64,000 bases of DNA, from contig MU008159.1 in NCBI GenBank assembly GCA_010909165.1, positions 2,046,001 through 2,110,000 on the forward strand, written 5' to 3'. A program made the position numbers and the translations under genes. The stretch is from Anthoceros angustus (Eukaryota; Plantae; Anthocerotophyta). The notes under the pieces were generated by a model, which was given only the letters and a program-made list of their open reading frames with translations, did not search any database and was not told the DNA's origin. Of this stretch, positions 50,306 to 64,000 are shown one piece after another; positions within the stretch are counted from its first letter, which is position 1; each line of letters opens with the position of its first letter.

Positions 50306-53300
50306 GGTGACCGACCTCTAAAGGCATGTGGAAGAGCTCCTTCACCCAATCCACTGGGTGTGGAACTGCGAAAGATGAAACAGAAGCAAGTTCAAATTGA
50401 CAGTGATGGAAATGAAAAGCCCTTCTACACAACAATTACCTGGATACCTCCGCATATATAGCATTTTGTATGCTCTTGAATCTGAGAGCGGTGGGACTTT
50501 ATCGAGAAAATGGCTGCACATGAAACCCAGCCTCGGCATCCAACCGTGAGTGCCTTGAATGTCCAAGTATTCAGAGCCGACATCCCAACTGATCAACAAC
50601 ACACGAAGACGAGCTAGCATCCATGCATGCCGTGGAGATGGCTGTTTTCTTCAGACAAATCGCACTAGGGCAGACGTGGTCTTCTGCTCGGCCTTGAAGG
50701 TCTTCTTCAGTCATGCATGGTTGCTGAATGCTGATCCGCGAGCTCGATCCAGCTGGTATGTGGAATCGGTGAGCCCTATACAATAAGCTGCTGTTGTTGC
50801 TGGAACCCCAGGTTCCGCAAAATTTGAGGTGGCCATTTCAGCTGTTGCCCAAGTGCCAAGTAGGGCAACGTTGTGGGGCCGCGGAGACCTCTCCAGGTGG
50901 CGCCATGTGGTAGCGAGGTGAGCTTTTCTTTTTGGTGGGATCGAGAATAGTTGTCGGGCTTGCGATCCTTGAGGTGAAGGCTTTAACCTGATGATGCGGC
51001 AGGTGTTGGATGGGTTGTGTTGGCTTCCCCGCTATCTGATGAATGTCCTTGGTGCGGTGGTGCAGCAGTAATTTGCAGAATTGAAGCAAGTGCGGCTGGG
51101 GAATGGCGATGAATCCGCGGGAGTGGTGGACGCAGAAACGGCAGGAGCTAGGTTCCTGCAACTGCCAGTCTTTCATGATCGCGTCCCCGCGGGAGCTGAG
51201 CTCCGCAGGGCAGGCAATGGAGGAGAATATGGTGAAAGCGGCGGAGGAGCGCTTGGCGCGGGCCCAGCAGTGCACGGACGGTTGGTTCTCCGCTCCTGAC
51301 TACTTGCGTTCTGGACATGGCACAAGATCCTGACCTACATACATAGCGGCCTGTTTTGCCGTGGTTGGATCGTTGATGAGACATTTGGTGGGAGGTGAGA
51401 GTCTACGTGTGAGGGATAGGATGTGTGGTGCCAAGTGTTGAGGAATTATTGAATTTCTGAGTGTGGGTGATGGTTGCGTTTTTTGACTGTGCTTGTTGAT
51501 ACTTGAGACGGAGGAGGAGGTGACTAGGGCAGTGTTGCTCCCCCAATCCCCGATTCGTCGTGGTGGCCTATCCAAGCTGAAGATCCTTATAGCTAGGCTG
51601 CATCCATTTCCATGGGGTAGCCAGATCCCTAGCACCAGCTGTGACTGTATCGAAGGAATTGTTGTGGGGCATGCTCCTCCTGAAGCGTTTTACGGCAAGG
51701 CCATGAGGGCACTCTTTGTGCTGTTGGAACACAATGGTGTTATGGTTCATGACATAGTTGTGGTGTGTGTATGATTTGCAGAGGGTGTGAGAGCTGGAGT
51801 AAAAGCTGGAGCAGTGGCGTCGGTGGTGTCTGCTGTCCCGACTGTGAGTGGCCTGACGAGATGTTTACATATGTGGTCTGGAAGCAGTTGAACGGTATCA
51901 TAGCAAGTCCCTTGAAAGGTGTGGGGTGGTGTGGTGCTGTGTGTGTAACACGGAGGGCATGCATTGGTGTTGGGTGTGATGAGCAGCTGCTTGCTGCGCG
52001 CTACATCCCCTGGGCGAAGAAGCATGTGAACTACACCGGGCAGGCTCTCATAATAAGCGCAGGTGAGGAGATATCGAAGTGGGTTCCAGTGTGTTGGTGT
52101 TGTTGGTCGGTGATGAGGGGGGGAAGGGGCCCGGTCCGGTCCGTTGACTGACACCAGCTGGTGCGCGCTGTTGACAGCTACGATCGCAGCCTACTTCATC
52201 GTAGCCGAGCAGACGATTCTGGAGTGCGCACGTTCGTCCAAGTACAGCGAGCGAGAGGTTAGCACAGCCAGGTAGTGGAGTGGATGAGGCGCAAGTGTAG
52301 GGGATACGGTGTATGTACATAGATAACTTGAGCAACGCGGCAAGCAAGCCTAGGCTAGGCTCCCTAGTTGTGGCAGGGTGCAGTTGAGGAAGAAGCCAAT
52401 TGGCCAATTGTTCTGGTTTTGGGATGCAGGCGATAAAAATAGCAGCAGCGGCCATCCGATTCCCCGTTCACCGTTCACGGTTTTCGGGAGGGAAGAGTTC
52501 CACTCTTGTAACAGTTTCGATAGACACCAAGAGCATCCATGGACAGCACAGCGCGGACACGGGTCTGCACGGAGTGTGCGCGGCAAGTGAGAAAGGGGTG
52601 TTGCGCGGGGAAGAAGACGGGTGAAGAATGACCAATGTCCATGTCCATGGCCGCGAGGTGGCGTGACGTAAGCGCATTGCTGGAGACGCGCATGCAGGAT
52701 AAGGTGCAGTGGTGGGGCCGAGGCAGAGCCAATGGAAGCAGACATGATCACGTGATGCGCAGTACCGTATGTTAGCAGTGGAAGTTGCAAGCAGGCAGGC
52801 GTCCAGGCCATGTCCAGTCCCATCGCCCTTGATGTACTATGAGAAGCAGAGGCAGGAGAGGAGAAAGGGTGAGATCAATCGTGTAGCCGAAGTGCATCAC
52901 GAAAGAAAAGAGCAGTCCTGGCGCTGGTGCTGGTGCTGGGTCCTGCCTGCCCGCCCACATCACCAACCAAGTTTGAATCAAGTTCCAACCAACCGGCACG
53001 GTTGCTGCGCGCACACGACAAGTGGGCACTTGCTCGTCAGGCTCTGAAATCGTCGGGGTGCAGGCGGCTCCAACAAAACAAAGCTCAAGTCGGCAAGCAA
53101 AGTCCCCCACTCCATCCCATTCCCATCCATGCTTATCTCCCTTGATGGCCGGAACGGGAACTTGGAAGCCCGGCAAGTTGCAACGTGCCACTGCCCAAGA
53201 CCTGGGAGCGGCCGTCAACGTCCGTGTCGGTGCTGGCAGCTGGAGGCGGTGGCGGTGGCGGTGGAGGTGCCAGTGTCCCGTGTCCGAGTCCGTGTCCGAG

Positions 53301-53333
53301 ACGGGACCAGACTTGGCTTCCAACTCCACCGGT

Positions 53334-53742
53334 AGTCGGGAGTCGGGAGTCGGGAGTCGGGAGTCGGGAGTCGGGAGTCAGGAGTCGGGAGTCAGGAGTC
53401 GGGAGTCGGGAGTCGGGAGTCGGGGAGGGAGTCAGGAGTCAGGAGCAGGGAGTCGGGAGTCAGGAGCAGGGAGTCAGGAGTCAGGAGCTGGGAGTCGGGA
53501 GCTGGGGTCGGGAGTCAGGAGCTGGGAGTCGGGAGTCAGGGTCAGGGCAGGAGTCGGGAGCAGGGAGTCGGGAGCCGGGAGCCAGGAGCCGGGAGCCGGG
53601 AGCCGGGAGCCGGGAGCCGGGAGTGTGGGGAGCCGGGAGTCGGGAGTGTGGGGAGCCGGGAGTCGGGAGTGTGGGGAGCCGGGAGTCGGGAGTGTGGGGA
53701 GCCGGGAGTCGGGAGTGTCGGGAGTGTCGGGAGTTGGGAGTA
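53334..53742. repeat. G-rich heptamer array (GGGAGTC/AGGAGTC/GGGAGCC/GGGAGTGT)n
   Basis: About 400 bp of near-continuous GGGAGTC-type units with variant blocks; strongly strand-asymmetric. Confidence 0.95.
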
Positions 53743-53998
53743 GTGGAGTGGTTCATGGCCTTGATGTGCGTCGTGGGCGACCAGATCATGTATGCCACAT
53801 GCGACCATGCGAGGCATGGCAGGCCTCCATGTGGGGCGGCAAGTACCGCGTGCTTTCCCCTCGCTCCCATCCACGTGAGAGAGGACCAGGACTGCATGCA
53901 GCAGACCGGGCAAGCGCTAGCGCTCGAGTCCATGGCCTCAACGCCAGTCCCCAGTCCCCAGTCGCATTGAAAGCCAGTGTCCCTTGCTGTGCTTATCT

Positions 53999-54031
53999 CC
54001 TTCCTTCCTTCCTTCCTTCCTTCCTTCCTTC
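53999..54031. repeat. (TTCC)n microsatellite
   Basis: About 8 TTCC units. Confidence 0.9.
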
Positions 54032-57000
54032 CATCATCCCACCGGGATACCATCACCTGTTGCCGTACCGCTCCCGGGACACGGCGGGCCATAGCCCCAG
54101 GAGCCCAGGTGGGTGGGTGCGGTAGTAGGTACATTAAAACAGCAACGGCATGGACTAAGGAGTCTCCACTCATATCCTAACCACCGCAAGCGTTACTCGT
54201 GTGGAAATCGCCTTTTTCTAACTCGTTGCTGTACAAGCAACTGTAGCCGCCGTGCTTATCCAGGACTCTGGTCCCCCAGAGCTGAAGCAGAAGCAGAAGC
54301 GGAGGGTGGCTGGCAGCGGTGGCAGGCCCGGCGCTCGGCCCTGCTCCGCCGCGTATCACCCGCCACGTTGCGCAGTCCGGCCGCCAGCTAGCCCTAATGA
54401 CAAGGCCCAGTGGCCCCCAAGGCAGCGAAAACTTACGGACGCCCGCCACATTTTTCCCCTCTTGTCGCTCCCCACTCGGCAGTCGCCAATGCCATCCGTA
54501 TCCGTTCCTTGTCGTGCTCCAGCCCGCTTTTGTCCGATGGAATGTGCGTGGAAGCGAATTGGATGCCATCGGCCCCGCGGCCGCGGCCTGTGATCGCGAT
54601 CGACCCGCGGAGGAAGCGGCAGCGGCAGCGGCAGCGACAGCGACAGCGACCAGCTACAGCGGCCACAGCCTAGCGCGGATATTCGACGGCAGCCGAGATG
54701 TTGGTGCATGAATGTGGGGGAGGGCCAGGAGCAGGAGCAGGATGAGGGTCAGGGTCAGGGTCAGGATCAGGGTCACGACGGGGTCATGGACAATTTGGCC
54801 TGTCCCCGTTGCAATCTTGCAATCTAGGGCAAGCGCCAGCGCTCCATGTTCGCCAACTTGCCCGCGCCATGGAATTGCTGTTCCCGACTCCCGAGGCGTA
54901 GGCAAGCACTAGGCGGAGGAGGGCCAGGCCAACGAGGCCCGGGACTGGGAGACGGAGCCGCCACGCCCACGTCGGCCGACACACTTGCGCGATTCGCGGC
55001 TTCCTGCTTTTTTGCAGCGACGGGAAACCGCCACCGCTGCCACTACTCTTCATTATATCTAATATTTTGTACCTACGATATTACTGCCACTGCCACTGCC
55101 TCTGCCACTGCCTCTGCCACTGCCACTGTCACTGCCTCTGCCACAGCCGGGGCCCGGGGCCCGGCAATCATTCATCCGCGCAGGGCAGGCCGGGCCAGGC
55201 CAGGCCACGCCTGGTATTACATTACCCACTCCTTCTCTATCCTTCCGGATCACCTTTTTTCCATTATTGTTGTGCTGCTGCTTCGTATTACATATCATTC
55301 TTTTCTTCCTCTTCACTTTACGCGCCTCGGCAAGCCCAGCCCAGCCCAGCCCAGCCTAGCGGCCACCGTGACCCAGTTGCTGGCGTCCACTCCACAACGC
55401 ACAGCCTTGAAAGCGAGTCGCAGTCAAGGCCGCTGCCAGCTAACAGCTAACAGCTAACGTAGCCGGGCTCGGCTCCACCTACTGGGAACCTTTCACGTCT
55501 CCCCACAACTGCATCCACCACACCCGTCCCCGTTCCCCCCGCCTCCCACGTGTCGGTCAACAAGTCAGTAACGCCAAACAATATCCGTACATGCCTATCG
55601 ATACTTATCCGCGGGGCCCCTCTGCCATATGTAGGTACATAACATCATACCCGCTTCGTTTGCCGCGCCGCGTACACCTACCAAAGAAACGCTCCATCCA
55701 CGCTATATGGGTATTTGGTCTGTGGCTACAATCTAACTCCACTATTCAATGAAGATCCGCCCACGGTACATATCATTTTTCATAGGTAGGTCCTACACAC
55801 ATTCTTTTACGAGCGACTCAGAGACAAACAACTTTTACTTTACATCATTCATAGTATTTCGAATGTAAACTTATTTTTATATAGAATTAATAATATAATT
55901 AACATGGGTTGTACCCCTTTGTGCTTTATCACATGCTTGGCTCTTTCAGTCTCTCACAAGTACAATGATTTGGGGTTAAAGTTCCTTCTAAATGTGTATC
56001 ACTTATGATGGACCCTTTCTCTCTCCCAACTGCACTGAGTTTGAGAATTGAAGCTTCCACAAAATACCATCCGGGCATGATTGCATGGGTATGCATTGGA
56101 GAAGTTCATGATTGATAATAACATATGTTGGGATATGCCATACACTACATAAATTGGAAACCATATCCTAAGAATAAGTAAATATCTTCTTTTATTTGCA
56201 TCATTCCATGTTGGTCGGTATTGAACACCAAAAGGGTCATGAACAAAGCCTGATAAGAATAGCTTCATACCATACCAAATGAGTATCGCAATCATTTGGT
56301 TCACAATTTGAGTACTTCACAATTTTCTACAATCAATTGTACAAAAAATATAGGTTTTTATAATCGCACCAAATGAACGTTTAAATCTTGCAGATAGTAA
56401 TGGTCCACACACAACTTTCTACAATTCAAGTTCCAGGACGCACAACATGTCCGCATTCTTATAACACACTAAGACTTTTTCTCCATTTAAATACCATGAT
56501 AAATTTATGAGTCATACTTCATATTTTTACATATTATTGCTTTTAGCACAATCTATGAAGTATGACTCATCTTCTAGTTCATTTCTGGATGGACCTTAAG
56601 TTCATTTCAATCCATACAATTTGTACATATAATTATTCTTCTATTAATGTCTTTAGAAAAAAAATTCAATACCTACATTAAAGAGCAAATTTTAGAACCC
56701 ATAAGTTAACTTATAATGCTTCTTGTATGCCTTTACTATAGAAGTGTGTACCCAATTCATTAATCAAGGAGGAAAAAAAAGCATCCATTCAGGAAGGGGA
56801 ACGTTTTTTGACTTACGTGCACCAATAAAATAAAACTACACGATTTTGAATAGTGTGCTTAAAGTGTGTTTATTGGCATCTTGATGAATATAATATTTTG
56901 CAAGTGTGTTACAAGTGAGGACATTGCGTGTTGGATATGGAGTCATGATAAGACGGACCCAATGCCTAGATAAAATCATTGGCTAATATATAATAAATGG

Positions 57001-57797
57001 GGTATATAATAAACGATCTTCTTTTATTGGATGAGAATCTTATGTTAATCAACAAGGGGTTAAGTGATATTCCAAGATTATTGGAGTGTATCACATGTAA
57101 AGTTCCAAAAGCCACAACACTTTAAGATGCTAATCTAAACCTAATATTAATCATCAAATAAAATAATATACAAAAATAAGACGTCCATAAAATAAGGATA
57201 ATATCACTAGAGTGAGCACTTGATGGCACACATTTCTAGTCACCTGACACCACTCAATGGAAAGATTCAAGAATTGTGAAATGGGATTCTCCGTAGAATC
57301 CCCTTTTTCAGATTCTAAAAAAATATTCATAGAGTTAGCCTAAGCTGGAAGATTCACACGGCTTCCAGGGGCAGGGCGCTGAATTATCCTTATTTTGCCC
57401 AAGAGAAACGAGAAACGGGAAGACTTTGACTCGGTGGCTCCGGTTTCCGTTCCCACCCAACCCAACGGAGGAGGAAGGCTCCGTTCCCCTCAACACACAA
57501 GACACTTTTGCGTCACGGGAAATGCCCCGTCCGCAGAGCATAGAGGAGCAGAGCAAGTGCAACTTGGCAGACAAGGAGTCATTGGACTCCAGGTTACGTG
57601 ACGGGAGGCCACATTCTCCCTCCATTGTCCTTTGTCGTTGCCCTTGGCCCTACTCCCACATTTTCTGCGCTCCATCTTTTTATCTGTATGAATTCCCTAA
57701 GATGATGGAGTCTCCTAGTTGCATCTCCGGCCCGGATCCACAGTACTTTTACCCCTGAATTTACCCCCGGCATTTGCATTTACGGCACTACGTTGTG

Positions 57798-57829
57798 GAT
57801 GGATGGATGGATGGATGGATGGATGGATG
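57798..57829. repeat. (GGAT)n microsatellite
   Basis: About 8 GGAT units. Confidence 0.9.
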
Positions 57830-59306
57830 GTTTTGTGGGTGGCGCAGTATGTACTATGTACATGATTGTGGTTGATGAGAGGATGGTGGTGGGGAGGAGC
57901 CGGAAATAAAATATCATGCGGTGATGCTGCGAAGCGCCAGCGACAAATCCCGCGGGAGTTACAAATGCCAGTTATCGATTAGGCAGAGTACAGTATGTGC
58001 CGAGTCAAGCCTTATCTTGATGGGGATCCGTGTGCGCCGGGCCCCGGGAGGGTAGGTAGCAGGCCTGTGGGAAACGGGCTGCGGGCACTGGGCAGTGGCA
58101 GTCGGTTCGGAACCGAGCCGGGAAGTTGGGTTAAGGGGCCGGGCGCGTTTATGGGGCGGATAAGACGGCAGATTTTTGCGAAGTGGAACATTGATGGGAG
58201 AGGTGGCTGCCGTCATGCCGGGGCCACGTCTCGGCAGCCCGAGGCTCCGGAACAGGATGCCGGGCCAGCGTGGAGGATAGTGCGCTTTGGGAGGTCCGGG
58301 CCGAACCCACGCTCCCTTTCCCTTCCTTTCTTGCTTCCTTCCTTTCCTCACGCTCACGCTTCGCCGGGTCCCTGGGGCGTGGCCTGCAGCCTGCTTGGTC
58401 CTCTTCGTTGCTGTGCTGCAAGCGCCAGCAGCAAAGCCAGCGCCAGCGCGCGGGCGCCATCACCTCGAGTTGGTGAGTCGGCGAGCTTATCCATGACCTC
58501 GCGTCTGTGGCCGCGCTTTCTGCTGCACCGTCACCCGCGCCCTTGTCCTGTAGGCCTGCCTGCCTTGCCTTAAGACGGGCCCTTGCCCTCCCTCTCTTGT
58601 CTCTTGCCTGTCTTCCTGCCTGCTGCCTGCCTGCCCGCCACTGCCGCCTTCCCCGCGCCTTCTCTTCCGCCTGTGGCCTTCCTCACCTTCCCGCGCATTG
58701 CAAGCCCCGCCTGCTCCCCCGCCAATTGTGCCCCCCTCGCTGCCGTCTGCAATTCGGAAGGCCGGGGTTTGGTGTGGGTCGTGGTCCATGGGACTGCCGG
58801 CTCCAGATCTGGAGTGAGCCCGGCGCGGAAGCGCGTCCTGTCGTTGTGGGCGATCGCCATTGGCCTCCGGTAGAGGAGAGGAGAGGAGAGGAGTGGAGTG
58901 GAGTGGAGTGGAGTGGATTGGAGGGCAAATTCGGGACAGGGTTTAGTAGTTGTGGGTGCTTGATTGGATGTGTTGGGCGCCGGCTTGCGTCGTCGGCGGT
59001 GCAGGGGGTTATGGAGGGGGCTTCTGCTGAGAGCGCCCGTGCGGAAGTGGCGGTTGCGGAGCTACTGCGGCCGGGCCTGTGACAGTGTTGTGCATGGAAA
59101 ACGTTAACAGCGTACTCCACAGACTACAACGCAGCTCCTACACCAAGCACTGCCCTCCTTGAGCGAGCGGCGGTAAATGAGGTGGAGCGGCGGGGAGTTG
59201 GCGCGCTTGCGGTTGCCTGTTGTGTAACTTGATCGGGTGCGGTTCTTGATTCTTGGGGCCGCAGCATCGGACCTAGGACGAGCTTGGTGTGGCGTTTTGA
59301 GGCACA

Positions 59307-60513
59307 ATGTCGGTTGCTTATGCGTACGAGAATGGGTGGGACATTGGGGCAGGAGCCCGGGGCGGACACATGATGGTAGGCTCGCAGAGCCATGTGTGCG
59401 GAGGAGATGCGCCTACTTTCCGGTCTAAGCATCAGCAGGACTCCATGATCCGGGGCTTCTCGGCCATATCTAAGTATATGCACACCCAGCCTGCCCAGCC
59501 GGACTGCTGTAGCAAGACTTCTCCTCCTTGTCAGGCCCCGCCCAGTCCGCCTTGCCTCTCTTCTCTTTCGCAAGACAGAGTGAGCCCGCTCTCTTCTTCG
59601 CCTCCTCTAGAGCCTTCCGGAGCCTCCTCTAGAAATGAGCCTGCCAATGCGGCAGCTAACACTCAGCCCTCCCCCGGATCCGGGAGTACGTCTTCGGAAA
59701 CCGCATCAGATGTCACCGATCAAGCTTTTCCTGGACCTAGTCAAGAGGCCGACGTCCACACGGCGAGTGATGGGCATTTCAAGGAGAGCGATGCCCAAGG
59801 TGATGAACCGCAGCAGCTAGGGGATGGAGCCGATGTTCCTGATCGCTTCCCTACTCCGGCCTCCTCAGCTTCTTCGCTTTCTTCTTCCATTGGAGAGGCC
59901 AGGGATGATACCTCCTGCTCCTCTGAAGATGAGCAGGACATGGAAGCCCAGTCTGCGTATCGTGGACCTCTGGAGCAGATGAGTGAACTGGAGTCTTCTC
60001 TCCCGATCAAGTAAGGGTTTCCCCTCTTTCCCTTCACCGTTCCTGCTGTATTATATGCCGTTGTACGATTTCCGTCATGACACTGTTTGTGCCAATTCTT
60101 GGAGGTGTCACTCACCCAGTCTTCCTGGATGTTGCAGACGAGGTCTTTCGAGGTACTTCAACGGAAAGTCTCGCTCTTTTACGTCACTGGCAGATGCTAC
60201 CTCACTGTCTGATGTCAAGGAGCTGGCTAAGGTCGAGAATCCCTTCAATCGCAAGAGGAAGATGTTTGGTGGTGGTCATCATCGCTGCTTCCCTCCCCTG
60301 CCTTCCGGTGCTGGAGTTGCTAAGAGGACGACTGCCACCAACCGAAGCAACCTGGCTTTAGCTGTTTCTATGATTGCAGACGTGGGTCATGCTCCCCCGA
60401 GAGGCAGGCAAAATAGTTCTGTCCCTCCCAGATCTCCTGCTCCTTCCAGGTCATTTTCGCTCACAGATCTGCCCGGGACAAGTGGCCTGTCGTCATCCTT
60501 TCGAGGGGCATGA
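59307..60513 (+). CDS. OXS3: OXS3/MTD1-like (KID-containing) protein; exons 59307-60010 and 60138-60513
   Basis: SSLSSSIG..SCSSEDE..EAQSAYRGPLEQMSELESSLPIK|RGLSRYFNGKSRSFTSLAD..DVKELAKVENPFNRKRK, and SRSFSLTDL near the end. The GT-AG intron falls at PIK|RGLS. Confidence 0.9.
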
Positions 60514-62299
60514 TGGAGGATTTTGTAGTAGCTTGTGAAGAGTGGGCACCGTTCGTGGACTAGATCAAGAAACTGGTAGTATCTCCTAGCTTTAGTTAGG
60601 TCGTATGGTTGGAAGATCACCCTGTCAGAAAACTTCAACCGACTGGAGAGCGATCAAGGTCTAAATTTTTCTTTTTGAGCTGCGAGATGTTGGTATTCAC
60701 TACTCATGACAGGCTGGCCTCTCTGTGCGGTGGGAAGGAACATCTGATCACTCGTCTAGAGCTTGAGCTTTATCTTCTTCCTTTGGTGTGGAGTTAGCCA
60801 TCTTCGGCTGCATGTAGAGGAGCTTGTGAACCTGGTGGTGAGGGAAGGTCACACGGATCTTGGGACAGTGCCTTGGGCTGGTGGCAAGAAGGCTGGGGCC
60901 CAAGCTTGAAAAGTTGAAATCGAAGTAGAAAGCTGAAGAGAAACGAAGGCGGACATTACCTCCTGAACTTTAGATTAAGCATTCTAAATTGTGGTTAATT
61001 TGTAAAATACTTTTGTGTGTGCCCGACTGGTCCTGAATGTGCAACTGTTTTTCTGAGTTGCCGAATTGAGCTCCCGGGTTCTTTCTCTGCTCCTGCCCGT
61101 TCTTCATCTAGTGCGAGGGCGGAGCAGGGCAGGTTGTTCCCCGAGCACCCGGTGTACTGGCGCAGTGTACGCCGGCCTGACTTAGGCTAGGGCAGGTGGA
61201 CAGGTAGGATTGACAACATACATGTCTTAAAACAAAATCAAGGTATATTAAATAATATTGAACTCAAGTGTAACACTTGCTGTAACCAAGAGTCGTACCT
61301 AGGTAATTATCTATTAAATGATGTTACCCTCATATTTATCCACGCACACTTCCTCTCGCTTCTTAACTTCTGCATCCCTTCTTTGACTTCTCCGTGCTCA
61401 TCCCTTCTTGACTTCTTCGTGCTCTTCTGTGTACCTTGGAGACTACTATGTACCTTATACAAAACGACAGCGAGCACGGGAGATGCAGCTTCTGGGATAC
61501 CGGTGGTAAGTAGGCCTTTTCACATCCCTGACCACGAAGTTCTTCGGGCGGTTGGTAGTTTTGAAATGCGTGATCATGGGGCTAGTCCCCTGGCATGGTG
61601 CCCTTCGTTGGGTTTTTCCTCTTTTTGTTTTTGGGGTGGATGGGTTTTTCCCATCTCTTTTTTATAATAAAGTCTTCTTTCCCTTGGAGACTACTTGGAG
61701 TGCTACATATATCTTGTCTTTCACGTTTACTTTCTTTGAACCACGTAGTTCAACTTCTTGGGCTTCAATTTTTACTGTCATGTCCTCAGGAAAAGGCATA
61801 TCACATCAATTAGCTCCTCTTCAAATTCACTTGAACACTACACTCTACAAAACACTTCATGATCAGTAGATACTTTCTGCAATCTAACAAGCATAGAGAA
61901 GGGCAACCTGAACTCAAGAACCGAATATTTTGTCCAGCCTGCAAAGTGGGCAACTGCACATGCACAACTGAGGAGATTCAATGTGAAGGTACGGAGGAAA
62001 GAAAAAATAAAATGCTAAATTGGATCATGCCACCGGAGCAACTGAGTTTGAAGATACCGCCCCTACATACATTTGCCTTGTTTGAATCGTGCTTTTCAGG
62101 GCCTCGCCTTTTTAGGCATCTCCCGAGAAGCCCGCATGACGACGTTCGCCTTGCCTACTGGCTTCCTTTGGACCGCCTTGCGCTAGACCTTGGAGACGAG
62201 GTGACTTGTACTCTGTTCCTTTTTCTCCCCCAGCGGTGTCTTCATCGCTCCAGGGGTGGTTCTTCTGGCCATAGGGAGGTGACGTCTCATCTCCGTCTG

Positions 62300-64000
62300 C
62301 TCGGGGCTGGAAGCTTTGTAGAGGAGGCGCGGTGAGATCGGGCCAAGGCGCCAAAGTGGATCAGTTTATCAGACCCCACGGTGGCTCAAGAGGTGTCTCT
62401 TGCTAGGCCGTGCAGGGGAATACGCCAGGGTTGCCTGGGCACTTCGCCCGGAGCCGGTGGCGCTAGTTTCCGAAAACACCAATTCTGCACTCTGTGCCCT
62501 TCACCCGGCCCCAAATGACCTCATTCCACATGATATCCTGATTTATGTGTTGGAGGAGCCTTATTGTCTCGACAAGGCGGTCTTCGGTAGGGCTCTTACC
62601 GCTGCCCTACGGCTTTCTTCGGGTGGTATGTTTAGGACAGTCTACGATTAGCTTCGGGATTACTTTGCTCCCAACGATCCTTCTAGCGGTTTCTCGGAGC
62701 TCTTCGTTCTGGCAGCGGCAATGCCCAGGGATGAGACTCCCCACCAGATCTCTCGGGTGTTAGGGGCCAACAAGTTATTGGTTGTGGAGAAGCCCACGCC
62801 TAGGGTACACCCTATCATCATTGGGGAGGCATTCTTACGCCTTATGGGTCACAGCATTGCTATCCAACTTCGGGAGTAGTTCTAGGCGCATCTTTGCCCC
62901 CACCAATTTGGGATTGCCACTCCGGGGGGTTGTGAGTTGGCTGCGTTCGGTATTGCGGCGGTTCTGGAGTCACATCAAGATTGGGTCGCTCTGCAGGTGG
63001 ACATCGAGAACGCTTTCATCACGGTCTTTAGGACGGCAATCTTTATAGAATTCAAGGATGCTGGCGGGCACCTAGTAAGTCTTTCCCATTACGCACTTCA
63101 AGGCCTTGACCCTTACTATCGATGCAATCGAGGAGTGTCTCTTTCCGTTTGTGGCAGACAACACTCATATCTTAAGACCCAGGGGTTAGGTTAGAAAAGC
63201 TTCCACACTCTTCTCCTCAGAGCTCTCCCGCCTGGGTTTGAGGGTCAAGATTCTGAAGTGCAAGGTGTGGTCCCCGTCTGGCATTACTCCTTCTCTCAAT
63301 TCTTTGAGGGGGACATTGTTCCTTCTCAAGGGCTTCGCGTCTTGGGGGTCCCCGTGGGACTTCCGGCCTACATTCAAGGTTTTGTAGAGGAGGCTTTGAA
63401 GGAAGACTTGGCCCACGTCGGTGACCTATCTCTACTAGGGGACCCTCACGTGGCATTTGCCATCCTTTCGTCCTGCTTTGCGCATTGGCCGGGCTATCTC
63501 ACCACGACGGTGGCTCCCTCCTCATCTTTTCTATTAATCCTGCGGAATTTTGATCTACAAATTATGTAGGCACTTGGAGACATTATCGGGGTGGGGACTT
63601 GAAAGTGCTGCAGGGGCCTTTTCCCGGTGGCAGGTGTCTCTTCCTATCGCTTTTGGGGGCACAAGTCCGTTGGCCATGGAGGCCTTAGAGCCGGCGGCCT
63701 TTCTTGGGAGCTGGGCCCTCTCTGCCCCTGTCTTCACCGCTCGGTTCATAATCCGGGATGTTCCCATCTTGGAAGCCTTTGTCTCAGGCGTTGAGGAGGG
63801 GCCTTTCCTTTTGCAGGCTTCCCTTAAATTGGCCTGGGACTCCCTTTCCTCTGAGGCTAGGGTGGTCATGCATCCCTTTTCCTCATTTTCCGAGGAAGGG
63901 CTACGTGGCTTTTAGTCCTCTCTCCAGGAGAAGCAGTACGGGCAAGCGCAGCGGGCTATTCTTCTGGACTCTACTATTCCTCGGCCCGTTCATGCCCGTA
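62300..64000 (+). mobile_element. Decayed non-LTR retrotransposon reverse transcriptase (CRE-like), running off the window end
   Basis: LLVVEKPTPRVHPIIIGEAFLRL, QFGIATPGGCE, DWVALQVDIENAF, GLRVLGVPVG and QVSLPIAFGG..AAFLGSW, with multiple stops and frameshifts. Confidence 0.8.

Noticed and set aside
50800-55460. Many GC-rich ORFs and possible miRNA/snoRNA precursors
   Set aside because: No recognisable domains, no conserved plant miRNA sequence and no properly spaced C/D boxes. Probably long leader, promoter or lncRNA sequence.
55999-56304. Possible hAT transposase remnant, and similarly 61400-62100
   Set aside because: Only vague resemblance, with no ordered motifs or TIRs.
1-64000. tRNA, rRNA and snRNA genes
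   Set aside because: No cloverleaf with A/B boxes or conserved rRNA/snRNA signature was seen by eye. A tRNAscan/Infernal run would be needed to exclude them fully.

Overview
Eukaryotic nuclear DNA from a land plant. Short GT-AG introns and the gene and transposon content suggest a bryophyte or other seed-free lineage (inference). The window has three zones. (1) 1-10.7 kb: minisatellites, a TA-flanked MITE and a tandem pair of orphan genes, one intact and one decayed. (2) 10.8-38.6 kb: a transposon-rich block. It holds two Sola-like (GHTHxxID-type) transposase remnants, one preceded by a ParB-like (IGGNH) accessory ORF. Between them lies an intron-rich tyrosine recombinase gene of the Crypton/DUF3504 type whose catalytic motifs only appear after splicing (core 24.4-26.0 kb, + strand), arranged back-to-back with an unknown multi-exon gene (- strand). 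Much of 17-32 kb consists of local tandem duplications with scattered small indels, which may be unpolished assembly error. (3) 38.9-64 kb: clean host genes (DENN-domain protein, Rab geranylgeranyltransferase alpha, GlcAT14 glycosyltransferase, OXS3-like) and a decayed non-LTR retrotransposon. The best candidate for an undescribed system is the putative ~15 kb two-gene tyrosine-recombinase element. Family assignments come from recalled motif consensus; no database search was run.
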